A DNA stretch of 64,000 nt from Candidatus Latescibacterota bacterium (GTDB lineage: Bacteria; Latescibacterota; UBA2968): contig OZ241986.1 of the NCBI GenBank assembly GCA_965204375.1, positions 2,912,001 through 2,976,000 on the forward strand, read 5' to 3'. Position 1 is the first letter of the stretch, and the number at the start of each line of letters is the position of its first letter. A program made the translations under genes and the position numbers. This document shows positions 10,055-20,076 of this stretch, in pieces. A model generated the notes under the pieces. That model saw only the letters and a list, made by a program, of their open reading frames with translations. It did no database searches and was not told the origin of the DNA.

Positions 10055-10846
10055 TTACTCAGCCCTCCACACCGTTGGAAAATGTTCCCCCCGCAAAATC
10101 TCGCCATCTTCCACAGTTACAAATTCCTTCATCACATGATCGCCACTCGCATCGTAATACGTATCCTGCGTCATATAGTGAATCGCAATCGCGCGTCGGG
10201 GTCGCTTGCTGCGATTGTCGTGGGAACCGTGCCAGGTCAGAGCGTGGTGATAATGCACCTCCCCCTTTTTCACCGGTCGGCGCACCACCGATATGGGATG
10301 GCCTTCAAACTCGGACGGCATGGTGTCAAAATCCTTTACCTCCCGTCGTACAAACGCAATCTGATTGCCCCACTTGTGCGAACCCGGCACCATACTCATA
10401 CACCCATTTTCCACATCCACATCGTCCAATGCCACCCACGCGCTCACCTCTGTCATCGGTCGAATAATCGGCCACAGCGGCGCGTCCTGGTGCCATCCGG
10501 TCGTCCCCCCAATCTCAGCGGGCTTGTACTGAATCTGATCGTGCCAGATACGCAACTCCGTCGCCCCGGTCAACTGCGCCATCTCCTCTACAATCTTCTC
10601 TGAAGACATCAAATTCTCAAACGCCTCGCTCGCTTCCCAAATATTCACAATCTGCCAGACCGGCGCCGAATCATTACCGCCCAAATTGCGCAACAAAACC
10701 GGCTGCGACACATCATCGCGATCTTTATTCTCAATCACCCGGTACAATTCCTCGCGCAACACCTCGACCTGCGCGTCGTCCAGCACATGTCCCCCATTCA
10801 AAAACCCATTTTCGTGAAACTCCGCCACTTGTTCTTCTGTTAGCAT
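10055..10846 (-). CDS. Phytanoyl-CoA dioxygenase (PhyH) family oxygenase
   Basis: WHQD, WVALDDVDVENGCMSMVPGSH, TWHGS, RRAIAIHY. Confidence 0.92.
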   Translation of the reverse strand: MLTEEQVAEFHENGFLNGGHVLDDAQVEVLREELYRVIENKDRDDVSQPVLLRNLGGNDSAPVWQIVNIWEASEAFENLMSSEKIVEEMAQLTGATELRIWHDQIQYKPAEIGGTTGWHQDAPLWPIIRPMTEVSAWVALDDVDVENGCMSMVPGSHKWGNQIAFVRREVKDFDTMPSEFEGHPISVVRRPVKKGEVHYHHALTWHGSHDNRSKRPRRAIAIHYMTQDTYYDASGDHVMKEFVTVEDGEILRGEHFPTVWRAE

Positions 10847-10893
10847 GATTCATCTCCTGAAAAAACATCCTTCACACGACGTTCTCCAGATCA

Positions 10894-10948
10894 GGGCGAG
10901 GCATGCCTCGCCCCTACACATCTGCGTTCATCTGCGTTCATCTGCGGA
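10894..10948. repeat. GTAG-type REP-like palindrome plus 3x10-bp tandem repeat
   Basis: Perfect 20-bp palindrome GGGCGAGGCATGCCTCGCCC followed by CTAC (GTAG foot on the minus strand), then CATCTGCGTT-CATCTGCGTT-CATCTGCGGA. Confidence 0.75.
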
Positions 10949-12181
10949 TCAAACTAAATTCCCCTCTGCCCGGCTATTTCTCCCCACAACAGCAACAGCC
11001 TTATCCATCCCCACACACAAATTACTACTAATCAAGTTATAGTCGCTCTCACCGCTCTCCTCAATACCCTTCAACTGCGTCGGCTTTTCCTGATCGTCTG
11101 CACACCGATTGCCCTGCACAATCGAATGAGTCAAATCGTACACGCGGATACCGGGGTATTCTCCCTTTTCCGCCCGGGAATTGCTCAGCAACAAATTCCC
11201 CGTAATCACCTGCTCATCCCCTCTATTGGCATCTATCCCGCACATCCCATTGTACGAACACACATTATTACTCACAATATTGTGGTGATCTCCGCCATTT
11301 GCCACACCGCCAATCCCGTGTTGTCCATTTTCGGAAAATACGCTATCGCTACACACCGAATGATGCACCCGCGCGCAAAAATAATACCCATCCCCCCCAT
11401 TTCCCTTCCCGATATTGTGCGACCACACACTTCGCGCCAACCCCGTTCCGGGATGAAATCCATGCCCGCGACACCCGTGTGCCTGACAATGCGCCACCTG
11501 GGCATCGCAACCGCGCTGAATCCCAAACCCATCGCTGGGCCACCCAAACACCGAACAATTCAGAACGCGCACGCGCTCACAGCCCACAATATGCACCGCC
11601 GAATACGTAAAATCCCACCAATCACCCTCGTAATCTTCGGGCCCCTTAATCGTCAAATCCCGTATCTCAATATCCGTCTCACCCTCTGACCATATACAGG
11701 GAAACAGATTCACCACCCGGGCATTGTCGCGCACCAACAATCGCCGATTAAACGGCACACTCATCCACACGCGATTGCCCACAATCCGCTCGACCTCTCC
11801 GTGCGTACCCCACCATCCCCTGTGCTTATCGTCACAAACCCCAATCCCCTCACCCACGCGAAAAGGCGGCACGGTCTTACAGGTCAACACCCGACCACCT
11901 TTGCGAATATCTTTTGACAAATAAGCCACCTGCAAAGGCCGAATCCGCAACACAGTCGCTGGTCCATCGCCGATCAAACTCACCCGACTGGGCACGTATA
12001 GCGTCTTGCGCAAAAGATACGTACCCGCCGGAATACGCACCCGTCCGCCACTCTCTGGCAACGATGCAACCGCTTCTTCCAACCCACAGGTCATAGATTC
12101 CCGATCAAAAAAATCCGCAGCATTCACCTCATCTCGCGGCGCATCGGGCAATGGAATCTCTCTCGCTGGCATAGCAGGCAT
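10949..12181 (-). CDS. Right-handed parallel beta-helix (pectin-lyase-like) protein
   Basis: GGRVRIPAGTY...LIGDGPATVL N-terminal pectate_lyase_3-like motif and repeated NxxxxNGxxGI units. Confidence 0.8.
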   Translation of the reverse strand: MPAMPAREIPLPDAPRDEVNAADFFDRESMTCGLEEAVASLPESGGRVRIPAGTYLLRKTLYVPSRVSLIGDGPATVLRIRPLQVAYLSKDIRKGGRVLTCKTVPPFRVGEGIGVCDDKHRGWWGTHGEVERIVGNRVWMSVPFNRRLLVRDNARVVNLFPCIWSEGETDIEIRDLTIKGPEDYEGDWWDFTYSAVHIVGCERVRVLNCSVFGWPSDGFGIQRGCDAQVAHCQAHGCRGHGFHPGTGLARSVWSHNIGKGNGGDGYYFCARVHHSVCSDSVFSENGQHGIGGVANGGDHHNIVSNNVCSYNGMCGIDANRGDEQVITGNLLLSNSRAEKGEYPGIRVYDLTHSIVQGNRCADDQEKPTQLKGIEESGESDYNLISSNLCVGMDKAVAVVGRNSRAEGNLV

Positions 12182-12201
12182 AACATCACCCTCCTACTTC
12201 A

Positions 12202-12921
12202 TTAAGCACTCTCTAAAAAAACCGTCACCCCCATATCGGCGTATTTCTCGCGCGTATCCGGTGTGCGGTTGCGATGACAGACCGCCACGCCAGTCCCTTC
12301 CAAAGACCTGCACAAATACGCGATCGTATCATCCACAGACTTCAACCAGTGTTGCGGATGTGCCTTAATGCTCATAGACAAATCCGTCGGACCCATCGAC
12401 AGACAATCCACACCCGCCTTCGCGAGCAAATGCCCGCGCGTTGCAGCCTCTACCGACTCAATTTGCAACCACAAAACCCCAAAGCTATTCCACCAATCGG
12501 CGTACTCCTCCGTAGTTTTATCTTCCGTGCCTCGCCGATGTCCCCCGCCAAAACTGCGCCCTCCAGCCGGTGGATAATAAAAATAGTGCAACGCATCATC
12601 AACCGTCTCTTCCAACTCGGTCTGCGGAATCTCGATCCCACACGGACCCAAATCGAGATAATTGCCAATCAAATAGGCATTGCGCGTGTGTTTAATCCGA
12701 AACTGCACGAACACATCGCGCTCGGCAGCCATATCGCAAAACGCCGCAATGCGCTCTTCGCTCAACGGCGTATGCTGGCTATCAATAGACACGAAATCGT
12801 AATCATCCTGATCCATAATCTGATCGAACCGATCCGGCGGTGTATTCGGTGCCATAGACACGCCAATAATGCGTTCACCACTGCGGTATTTCTGTTTCAG
12901 TCCAATTGCATTTTCAAACAT
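12202..12921 (-). CDS. HpcH/HpaI aldolase family protein
   Basis: DFVSIDSQH, LDLGPCGIEIP, YPPAGGRSFG, QIES, MGPTDLS. Confidence 0.85.
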   Translation of the reverse strand: MFENAIGLKQKYRSGERIIGVSMAPNTPPDRFDQIMDQDDYDFVSIDSQHTPLSEERIAAFCDMAAERDVFVQFRIKHTRNAYLIGNYLDLGPCGIEIPQTELEETVDDALHYFYYPPAGGRSFGGGHRRGTEDKTTEEYADWWNSFGVLWLQIESVEAATRGHLLAKAGVDCLSMGPTDLSMSIKAHPQHWLKSVDDTIAYLCRSLEGTGVAVCHRNRTPDTREKYADMGVTVFLESA

Positions 12922-12937
12922 AATTGTCTCCTTTTAA

Positions 12938-13008
12938 AACGAATCAACGATGGAGTTCGTATCGACTTTGGGTGGCAGGGTGGGGTTCATCTATTCGTCT
13001 ATTCGTTC
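12938..13008. repeat. Dispersed intergenic repeat with octamer arrays (copy 1; copy 2 at 30080-30160, inverted)
   Basis: ACGAATCAACGAT...GGTGGCAGGGTGGGGTTCATCTATTCGTCTATTCGTT resembles the reverse complement of 30080-30160. Confidence 0.65.
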
Positions 13009-14254
13009 AGTTGCTCTTTTCCCATTCCCGAAGCTTATCTGCATTTTCGCGCACCTTGACAAATGCGCGCGACATATCCCGCATCCGCGTTTCAGAAGCC
13101 AGCAAAGCCCTCTGGCTTATCGACAGCCGCTCCTTGCAATACTGCTCGACCTTTGGCAAATGCAACGAGCGATAATCCTGTGCCGCATCTGTCCACGCAA
13201 AAGGCGTGTAATCGCGGGCTTTCCAATCCTCTTGAAAAACCGGATGTTTGTAAACCGGCGCCTCGTATCCCGTACTCACCGGCACACCTTCAGCGCGCAT
13301 CGCCCTGACAAATGCATCGCGGGAAACGCCTTCAAACGCCTCGGATAAATACCTCGCACCATACACATGCCAGTTGACGCGGGTTGCATCTTCCAATCGG
13401 TGAATCGGCTCAATACCCTCAACTTCCGACAACGTGCGCGTCAACATCGCCCCATTTTGCTCGCGGATCTCCGTATGCTCGGGAATGCGCTTCAACTGGC
13501 ACAATAGGACCGCAGCGACAAACTCCGTCATCCGATGGTTCCCTCCCCATTGCCGAGATTCCTCTGTACGACCATACCGCGACCGCCCCACATTGGTCGC
13601 ACAGCCAATCGCATCGGCAACTGCCTCGTCATTGGTCAGGGCAATGCCCCCATCTCCACCCGTCATATTTTTGCTCTGCTGAAAAGAAAATCCCGAAGCC
13701 AGTCCCCAACTGCCCAGCCCGCGATCCCGATAAGTCGATCCCCATCCGTGCGCCGCATCTTCTAAAATCGCGAGATTGTGTCGCTCGGCAATATCCAACA
13801 ACCGCTGGAGATCACACGCCAACCCGCCAAAATGCACTGGCATAATCCCCTTCGTGCGATCTGTAATAAGGCTCTCGACCTCCGCCACATCGAGATTATT
13901 GGTATCCGGATCTATATCGCAAAAAACAACCGTAGCACCTGCTTTTAGAATCCCCGAACACGTACCGATAAACGTATATGCACTCGTAATCACCTCATCG
14001 CCCACACCAATCCCCGCCCCGCGACAAATCATCTCCAGAGCCACAGTGCCGCCAGTACACGCGATCCCGTATTTTGCATCTTGAAATGCCGCAAATGTCT
14101 CTTCAAACTCCTGGCACTTCGAGGAATTGTACCACGCCCGACTCTCCAGCACCTCAATAAGCGCATCTTTCTCGGCCGCATCGTACATCGGCCACAAAAT
14201 ACCATCCTTTTCTTTAACCTCACGCTCGCCACCCAACAGCGCTAACTCTGCCAT
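13007..14254 (-). CDS. DegT/DnrJ/EryC1/StrS family PLP aminotransferase
   Basis: GIGVGDEVI, PVHFGG, EDAAHGWG, FSFQQSKNMTGGDGG (PLP Lys); start MAELALLGG after AAGGAGG. Confidence 0.93.
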   Translation of the reverse strand: MAELALLGGEREVKEKDGILWPMYDAAEKDALIEVLESRAWYNSSKCQEFEETFAAFQDAKYGIACTGGTVALEMICRGAGIGVGDEVITSAYTFIGTCSGILKAGATVVFCDIDPDTNNLDVAEVESLITDRTKGIMPVHFGGLACDLQRLLDIAERHNLAILEDAAHGWGSTYRDRGLGSWGLASGFSFQQSKNMTGGDGGIALTNDEAVADAIGCATNVGRSRYGRTEESRQWGGNHRMTEFVAAVLLCQLKRIPEHTEIREQNGAMLTRTLSEVEGIEPIHRLEDATRVNWHVYGARYLSEAFEGVSRDAFVRAMRAEGVPVSTGYEAPVYKHPVFQEDWKARDYTPFAWTDAAQDYRSLHLPKVEQYCKERLSISQRALLASETRMRDMSRAFVKVRENADKLREWEKSN

Positions 14255-14268
14255 ATTTCCCTCCTTGA

Positions 14269-14757
14269 TCAATCCCGCTGCAAACATTCGACCAGCAGGT
14301 CCAATGCTTCTCGGGCGAATACTTCCATATTTTCGCCCCGGTTCTCGCTACCCGTCGCGATCGCAATCGCACGCTCGGTATCTGGTCCCACAACGCCGAT
14401 ACACGTATGGCCGGGTGGATCGCCATACCGATTTCCCGTCGGACCAGCCGCACCCGTCTCGCCGATACCCCAGTCTGCCCCCAAACGTTCGCGCGCAGCG
14501 CGTGCCAGATGCAGTGCATGCGTCTTTGTCGCAGCCCTCGCCTCGCCCATTGCCGCATCTGAAACAGCCATCAATATTTGCTTTGAATCACCCGTATAAC
14601 ACACCCCACCGCCCTTAAAATAAGCCGAAGCCCCCGGCACAGCCAAAAGTGCTGCTGAAATAATTCCACCCGCCGACGACTCTGCCACCGACACGGTCTG
14701 CCCTTTTTCTTTTAGCAATGCCCCCACATCTGCGGCCATAGTCTTAAAATTCGCCAT
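14269..14757 (-). CDS. CinA C-terminal domain / NMN deamidase (PncC-like) protein
   Basis: VSVAESSAGG, VPGASAYFKGG, ETGAAGPTG. Confidence 0.88.
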   Translation of the reverse strand: MANFKTMAADVGALLKEKGQTVSVAESSAGGIISAALLAVPGASAYFKGGGVCYTGDSKQILMAVSDAAMGEARAATKTHALHLARAARERLGADWGIGETGAAGPTGNRYGDPPGHTCIGVVGPDTERAIAIATGSENRGENMEVFAREALDLLVECLQRD

Positions 14758-14782
14758 ATTGGACCTCTGAATTTTTAGGTAA

Positions 14783-16555
14783 TTATTCGTCTTCTTTTTG
14801 TTTTCTATCCCCCACCGGAGACTCAACGCGAACCGTCACAATATCCGCATCGTGGTATTGCTGGTGGCGCACAGACGACGTGAAATGCTGAAGCAATCGC
14901 AGCGAGATTTCATGCTCTATCGACATCTCTTCCGTCTGTTCTCTAAGATAGGCCATGCGGTCCTCAATATTCCCCTCACCCGTCGAAGCGATAAACTCGA
15001 GTTCCGCGCCATTGCTTCCATCGCTGCGCACAATTAGAAGCAAGCGTTTCTCCGCCTGTTCGTCCTCCCCTTGCTGAATGAGAATCAGGAGGGTTTCTTC
15101 GGCAGATAGACAGAGACGATTCGTCATCCCGGCGTCCCAGCCCCTGCGCGAAGCGAATTTTTCGAGGAAAGCCATAATCTCCGGTAAAGCCTCGACAGTG
15201 AGCGCGGTCTCCACGCGCTGCCGGCGCGGTGCTGTCAACTCCATAAACAGCGTCAAAAAAATCGCCGTGAGGCCGCCAGCCGTCATCCCATTGCCGAGCA
15301 GCGCCCCCCACCACTCTCCGAGATATTCCGCAAAAATGGCCTGATCCTGAAATCCCACACCAATCCAGAATGCGATTCCCGCGATCATCGCCTTGCGATA
15401 ATCTACCCCATCCTGCACGATGATCCGCATACCCACGACAAAGAGAAGTGCCAGCAGCACCGTCACATAAGCCCCGACCACGGGATTGGGAATCGCCAGC
15501 AGTAGTGCCGACACCTTGGGTAGAAAGGACGCCGTCACAAATACGATGCCAATACACACGCCGACGCCGCGCGCGGCAACGCCGGTGAGTTCTGTGATTG
15601 AAACACTTGACGAGTAGGTCGTGTTTGGAACTGTCCCCGCAATACCAGAAAGCAAGTTGCCCACACCATCTGCGGTAACTGCGCCCTGCACCGCCCGAAA
15701 ATCGGGCGCGCGGGGCGTGCGCCACGAAACCTTCTGGATGGCGATAGAATCGCCTATTGTTTCGATCGCACCGACCAGGGTCACAAATATGAAAGCGGGA
15801 AGAAGCGACCAGAAAACAGGACCAAAGCTGAGATCAAAACCAGGCCAGCCACCACCTGCAGGAAAACCAATCCATGGAGCGTCGATAACGCGCTGGATGT
15901 CGTACAGCCCAAAAAACGAAGCGACAATGCATCCCACAACGATCCCGATGATTGGCACCCAAAGGCGCCATACACCCGAAACCCGCAACGCGAGCACCAC
16001 GATGACGAACAAGGTTGCGATAGCACACGCGGGCGCGGCAGCCGAGGGCGTACCTTCGGGCACATCGGCCAACATATCAAAAACGATCGGCATAACGGTC
16101 ACCGCGATCAACATGATCACCGTTCCAGCCACAGTTGGCGTAATGATTCGCCGCAACAGCGAAAGCCGCGTCGAAAGCGCGAATTGGAACAACGACGAGA
16201 TGACGACCAGAGTCGCGAGCATCGCCGGACCGCCCTTGGCAAGTGCTGTCACACAAACCGCGATAAACGCGCCAGAAGTGCCCATGAGGAGAACATAGCC
16301 AGCACCAATGCGTCCAACGCGCACAGCCTGCAACACCGTGGTCAACCCGCTGACCAAAAGCGCACCAAAAACCGCCCACGACAGATAAGGCTCCCCCCCA
16401 CCCGCAGCCCTCACCACGATGACCGGCGTGATCACAATGCCCGCAATACAGAGCATGGCAGCCTGAAATCCGAGTGCGAAAGCAATGGTATTTGGAGGCC
16501 GCTCATTGGGTTCGTAAAGCACACTTTGGTCGCGGCGGTCAGATTCAGATTGCAT
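14783..16555 (-). CDS. NCS2 (xanthine/uracil) permease with an extra C-terminal cytoplasmic domain
   Basis: GTSGAF, IETIGD, ADGVGN, NCS2-like PNTTYSSS segment; ~150-aa soluble tail after the last helix. Confidence 0.88.
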   Translation of the reverse strand: MQSESDRRDQSVLYEPNERPPNTIAFALGFQAAMLCIAGIVITPVIVVRAAGGGEPYLSWAVFGALLVSGLTTVLQAVRVGRIGAGYVLLMGTSGAFIAVCVTALAKGGPAMLATLVVISSLFQFALSTRLSLLRRIITPTVAGTVIMLIAVTVMPIVFDMLADVPEGTPSAAAPACAIATLFVIVVLALRVSGVWRLWVPIIGIVVGCIVASFFGLYDIQRVIDAPWIGFPAGGGWPGFDLSFGPVFWSLLPAFIFVTLVGAIETIGDSIAIQKVSWRTPRAPDFRAVQGAVTADGVGNLLSGIAGTVPNTTYSSSVSITELTGVAARGVGVCIGIVFVTASFLPKVSALLLAIPNPVVGAYVTVLLALLFVVGMRIIVQDGVDYRKAMIAGIAFWIGVGFQDQAIFAEYLGEWWGALLGNGMTAGGLTAIFLTLFMELTAPRRQRVETALTVEALPEIMAFLEKFASRRGWDAGMTNRLCLSAEETLLILIQQGEDEQAEKRLLLIVRSDGSNGAELEFIASTGEGNIEDRMAYLREQTEEMSIEHEISLRLLQHFTSSVRHQQYHDADIVTVRVESPVGDRKQKEDE

Positions 16556-16575
16556 CGTTCAAATCCTTTCAATAT

Positions 16576-17583
16576 TTATGCCAACAACTCATCGCCATAA
16601 GCAAATAGCGCAGGTGTTCCACCCGTATGCACAAACACAACCGTCTGATCCCTGCGATACCATCCCTCGCGGATATGCTCAATCATTGCGCCATAAGTTT
16701 TGCCCGCATAAACGGGATCGAGCAACAATCCTTCGGTTTGCGCGGCCAACAACACGGCCTCTCGCGCCCCGCGCGTCAGTACGCCATAAGCCGGTCCCGC
16801 GTATTTGCCATAACTCTCAAATTCATCTGCTGTAAAATTCAGATCCAGATCCAGAATTTTGCACACCTCATTCGCAACCTCGGCGAGTTGCAAATTCTTT
16901 TTTTCATCGTCCTGTGGACTTGGACTTATGCCAATAATCCGCACATCAACACCCAGTGCTTTTGCCCCAACGACAAGCCCGGTATGCGTATGCACGCCCG
17001 CACACACATAGATGGCATCGGGTATCACATCCATTGCCTGCATCTGCTCCCACAATTCCAAAAACCCATCCACATAAGACACGCTGCGATAATAATACCC
17101 ATCCGAACTCGTGTTATAGACCCTGTGTCCATCGGCCTTTAACTTTTCGATAACAGCTACCTTCTCCTGCTCGTTCTCAATCAAATGCACCTCTGCGCCA
17201 AACAGATGCGTGAGCAACAAATTGCCATTCACGGGATCTGCATGGTCATCTTTACGCCCCACCATCACCGCCTTCAGACCCAACCTCGCCGCAACCGCTG
17301 CAGTCAACCGCGATTGATTCGACTGCGACGCCGCGCCGTGAAGCAATACATCATACCCATCATCCACAGCGGGTGCGACGGAATATTCAAACTCGCGCAC
17401 CTTATTCCCCCCAAACGCCAACCCCGTCTGATCCTCGCGCTTGACCAGAATGCGCGGCCCGCCCAACTTCTCTGCCAACCTCGGGCAATCCATCAACGGC
17501 GTGGGCAAATCGGCAAGCGACAATCGGCTGCACGTCCCCAACGCCTCTCGAACCTCTCGAATCGAATAGCTCAAGGATATCAC
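16576..17583 (-). CDS. D-cysteine desulfhydrase / ACC deaminase family PLP enzyme
   Basis: KREDQTGLAFGGNKVR, QSNQSR, EGLLLDPVYAGK, FVHTGG. Confidence 0.92.
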   Translation of the reverse strand: MISLSYSIREVREALGTCSRLSLADLPTPLMDCPRLAEKLGGPRILVKREDQTGLAFGGNKVREFEYSVAPAVDDGYDVLLHGAASQSNQSRLTAAVAARLGLKAVMVGRKDDHADPVNGNLLLTHLFGAEVHLIENEQEKVAVIEKLKADGHRVYNTSSDGYYYRSVSYVDGFLELWEQMQAMDVIPDAIYVCAGVHTHTGLVVGAKALGVDVRIIGISPSPQDDEKKNLQLAEVANEVCKILDLDLNFTADEFESYGKYAGPAYGVLTRGAREAVLLAAQTEGLLLDPVYAGKTYGAMIEHIREGWYRRDQTVVFVHTGGTPALFAYGDELLA

Positions 17584-17594
17584 TCCTCTTTTGT

Positions 17595-18635
17595 TTATAT
17601 CTCCACCGCCTGAAGCAGGGCTTTGATAAAACCAAACTGGAAGGCGAATGCCTGCTCGAAATGCCCTTGTGCCTCATGTCCAGGCGCGTGATCGGGAACA
17701 ATCATGTGCGGATAGCCCACTTCCTTGAGTGCTTTCATAAGGACAAACATATTCATATCGCCCTCATCGGGATAAACTTCCTGAAACTTGTTGCGCCCGC
17801 CCGTAATATTGCGAAAGTGGATAAGATGAATTTTTTTTCTCTCCCCAAAATAGCGAATAATATCGGCCACCTCATTGCGCGGATCCACAACGCTCTCCGC
17901 CATGCAACCGAGACAGAGATTGAGACCGTGATAAGGACTTGGGCAAATATCGATAAAACTCTTGAACCCATCGTATCCACCCAGCACGCGATCAACACCT
18001 TTGTAACCGGGCGGCAACCAGGGGTCGCACGGATGACAGGCCATACGCACTTTGCATTCGGTAGCAACCGGAATAACGCGCTCTAAAAAGAAAGTGATAT
18101 TTTCCCAGTTCTGTTCTGCTGTAACCGGTTCATCATACCGCGGCGTATCCGCATCGGCCTTAGACAAATCCCACGTGGAATAGCGCACGTCCCCTCGCCC
18201 GAGCGGAACGCCTTCCGTGCGTTGATTTTCCATTTCGCAAAGAAAATACTTCAGCGCGGGAATACCCGCATCTGCGGCAACGCGCACCATATCGCAGGCG
18301 ATCTCGATTTCCTTTTCGCCGTCCTTCATATTCCCGCGCATAAACTCGGGCACAAAACTGCCATCGACATTGAGGTGTTGCACCGGCAATGCCACCATTT
18401 CCACGGTAATGCCGTGTTTTGCTGCTTTTTCTTTTTTTTCCACGATCTCTTCTACTGTCCAGCCGCTACTTGGATCTGACGTAATTTCCCTGGCATCGTT
18501 GAGCGCCATATTTGTAACACCACACCGCGCGAGAAATTCGAGATGCTCATCCGACGTGGAAAAACGCTGTGTACCAATATGCATGCGCGGGTTTTCCGGA
18601 TTCCATTCTGCGCCTGCATACATTTCGGCTGCCAT
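17595..18635 (-). CDS. uxuA: Mannonate dehydratase (UxuA family)
   Basis: WENITFFLERVIPVA, MACHPCDP, IHFRNI, DEGDMNM, VPDHAP, AFQFGFIKAL. Confidence 0.82.
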   Translation of the reverse strand: MAAEMYAGAEWNPENPRMHIGTQRFSTSDEHLEFLARCGVTNMALNDAREITSDPSSGWTVEEIVEKKEKAAKHGITVEMVALPVQHLNVDGSFVPEFMRGNMKDGEKEIEIACDMVRVAADAGIPALKYFLCEMENQRTEGVPLGRGDVRYSTWDLSKADADTPRYDEPVTAEQNWENITFFLERVIPVATECKVRMACHPCDPWLPPGYKGVDRVLGGYDGFKSFIDICPSPYHGLNLCLGCMAESVVDPRNEVADIIRYFGERKKIHLIHFRNITGGRNKFQEVYPDEGDMNMFVLMKALKEVGYPHMIVPDHAPGHEAQGHFEQAFAFQFGFIKALLQAVEI

Positions 18636-18823
18636 AGTTAAATCTCCTGTATTTTTTAATGAACTGGTCTGAACTGCGACCAGTTGAACACCGCTCCCTA
18701 ATTCCTAATTTGTCATGATAATGCAAGAATTTCTGGATAGCAACATGATTGGGGATTGTGGAGGGTATAAAATTGTGGTATCTTCTCACTCCTCAAGTCC
18801 ACCCCTATAAACAGGAGTGTTTT

Positions 18824-20062
18824 ATGCAAGTCGAAATCAACAAACACGCCTTAGACCGCGTACCGATATCGATAATTTTTGATGACTCGACCGTACTGGT
18901 AAATTTAAATTACTTTTTTATGCGAGATCGCCAGGCTGTAGATGGCACAGATTACCGCTGGGAAGATGTACCTGTAGTACATCCTGAATCATTCACACGC
19001 GAATTTGCCGAATTCTGCCTGGAACACGATGTAAAAGGCAAATTCAGCGTGGTACCGTGTCCCGCCGCGCTTGGGCGAATAGACCATGGACTCTCCCTGT
19101 TCTCCAAAGCGCAACAGGAAAGCTGGTTGACGATGTGTCGGGAACTGATTATGCCCAATTACGACATCACGCCGGAAATGATCACACACACCTTTGTCGT
19201 TGACCTCGAAACATTGCAACCCATCGATCCAAACTTGTGGGAACAATGGGGATGGAACAATCTACCAACCGACGAAGAAGAGCGGGTAACAAATTATATC
19301 GCGCTGGCGTGTGAGATCTTGCACAATGTGGGCCTGACACCTGCAGGCGTCACAAGCCCGGGAGGATTTGGCAATCCAATAGACTTTTATGCAAAATGTG
19401 CGGAAAATGCCGTGCGCAGGGTAACGGGCAATCCAACACCGTATCTATTTAAGCGCGTATCGTCCAGCGGTACGGTAGATTGCCCGGTGTGGTATCCCAA
19501 ACCCGAACGCGGCGAAGCAATGGGTGAAGTGATCGCAGCGACGGGTGATCGCACGGGATCGTGGACCGGATATGGCGAGGTAGATGTAGATTATTACATC
19601 ACATCGGATCTTCAAGGTGGGCGTTTGCCCGAAGTCATTGACGCGGGCGATCCTGCCGTGATGATCAGCCATTGGCAGGGATTTTACGGAATACACAATG
19701 AGGACCGCCGCGGATTTCGGGCATTTCAGACCATTGTGCGGCGGCTCAAAGAACGCGATCCCAATGGCGAGAAATCTCAGTGGCACAAATGCAGTGAAAT
19801 TACCAATTATGCAATCGCACGCGAAATGGCTGATGTCACAGTAAAAGAACAAATAATAACACTCGATTTACCCGTACAGGTGCCCGAATTCACATTGCGA
19901 TTGCGCGAAATAACAGTTGCAGGCGTAAAAATAAACGGCAAACCCCTGACACCCGCGCTGACAAAAGCGGCTTTTCGAGATGGCACATATTATCGAGATG
20001 GCGATATAACACTGGTGGCCTTTACGCCCGAAGAACAAAATATCAGAGTTGAAATAGAATAA
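18824..20062 (+). CDS. Hypothetical protein, possibly polysaccharide-deacetylase-like fold
   Basis: Long ORF with AGGAG RBS; PISIIFDD, GKFSVVP, EMITH, GVTSPGGFG, SHWQ motifs are reminiscent of NodB-like barrels. Confidence 0.55.
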   Translation: MQVEINKHALDRVPISIIFDDSTVLVNLNYFFMRDRQAVDGTDYRWEDVPVVHPESFTREFAEFCLEHDVKGKFSVVPCPAALGRIDHGLSLFSKAQQESWLTMCRELIMPNYDITPEMITHTFVVDLETLQPIDPNLWEQWGWNNLPTDEEERVTNYIALACEILHNVGLTPAGVTSPGGFGNPIDFYAKCAENAVRRVTGNPTPYLFKRVSSSGTVDCPVWYPKPERGEAMGEVIAATGDRTGSWTGYGEVDVDYYITSDLQGGRLPEVIDAGDPAVMISHWQGFYGIHNEDRRGFRAFQTIVRRLKERDPNGEKSQWHKCSEITNYAIAREMADVTVKEQIITLDLPVQVPEFTLRLREITVAGVKINGKPLTPALTKAAFRDGTYYRDGDITLVAFTPEEQNIRVEIE

Positions 20063-20076
20063 CGGGAAAAACAAGA

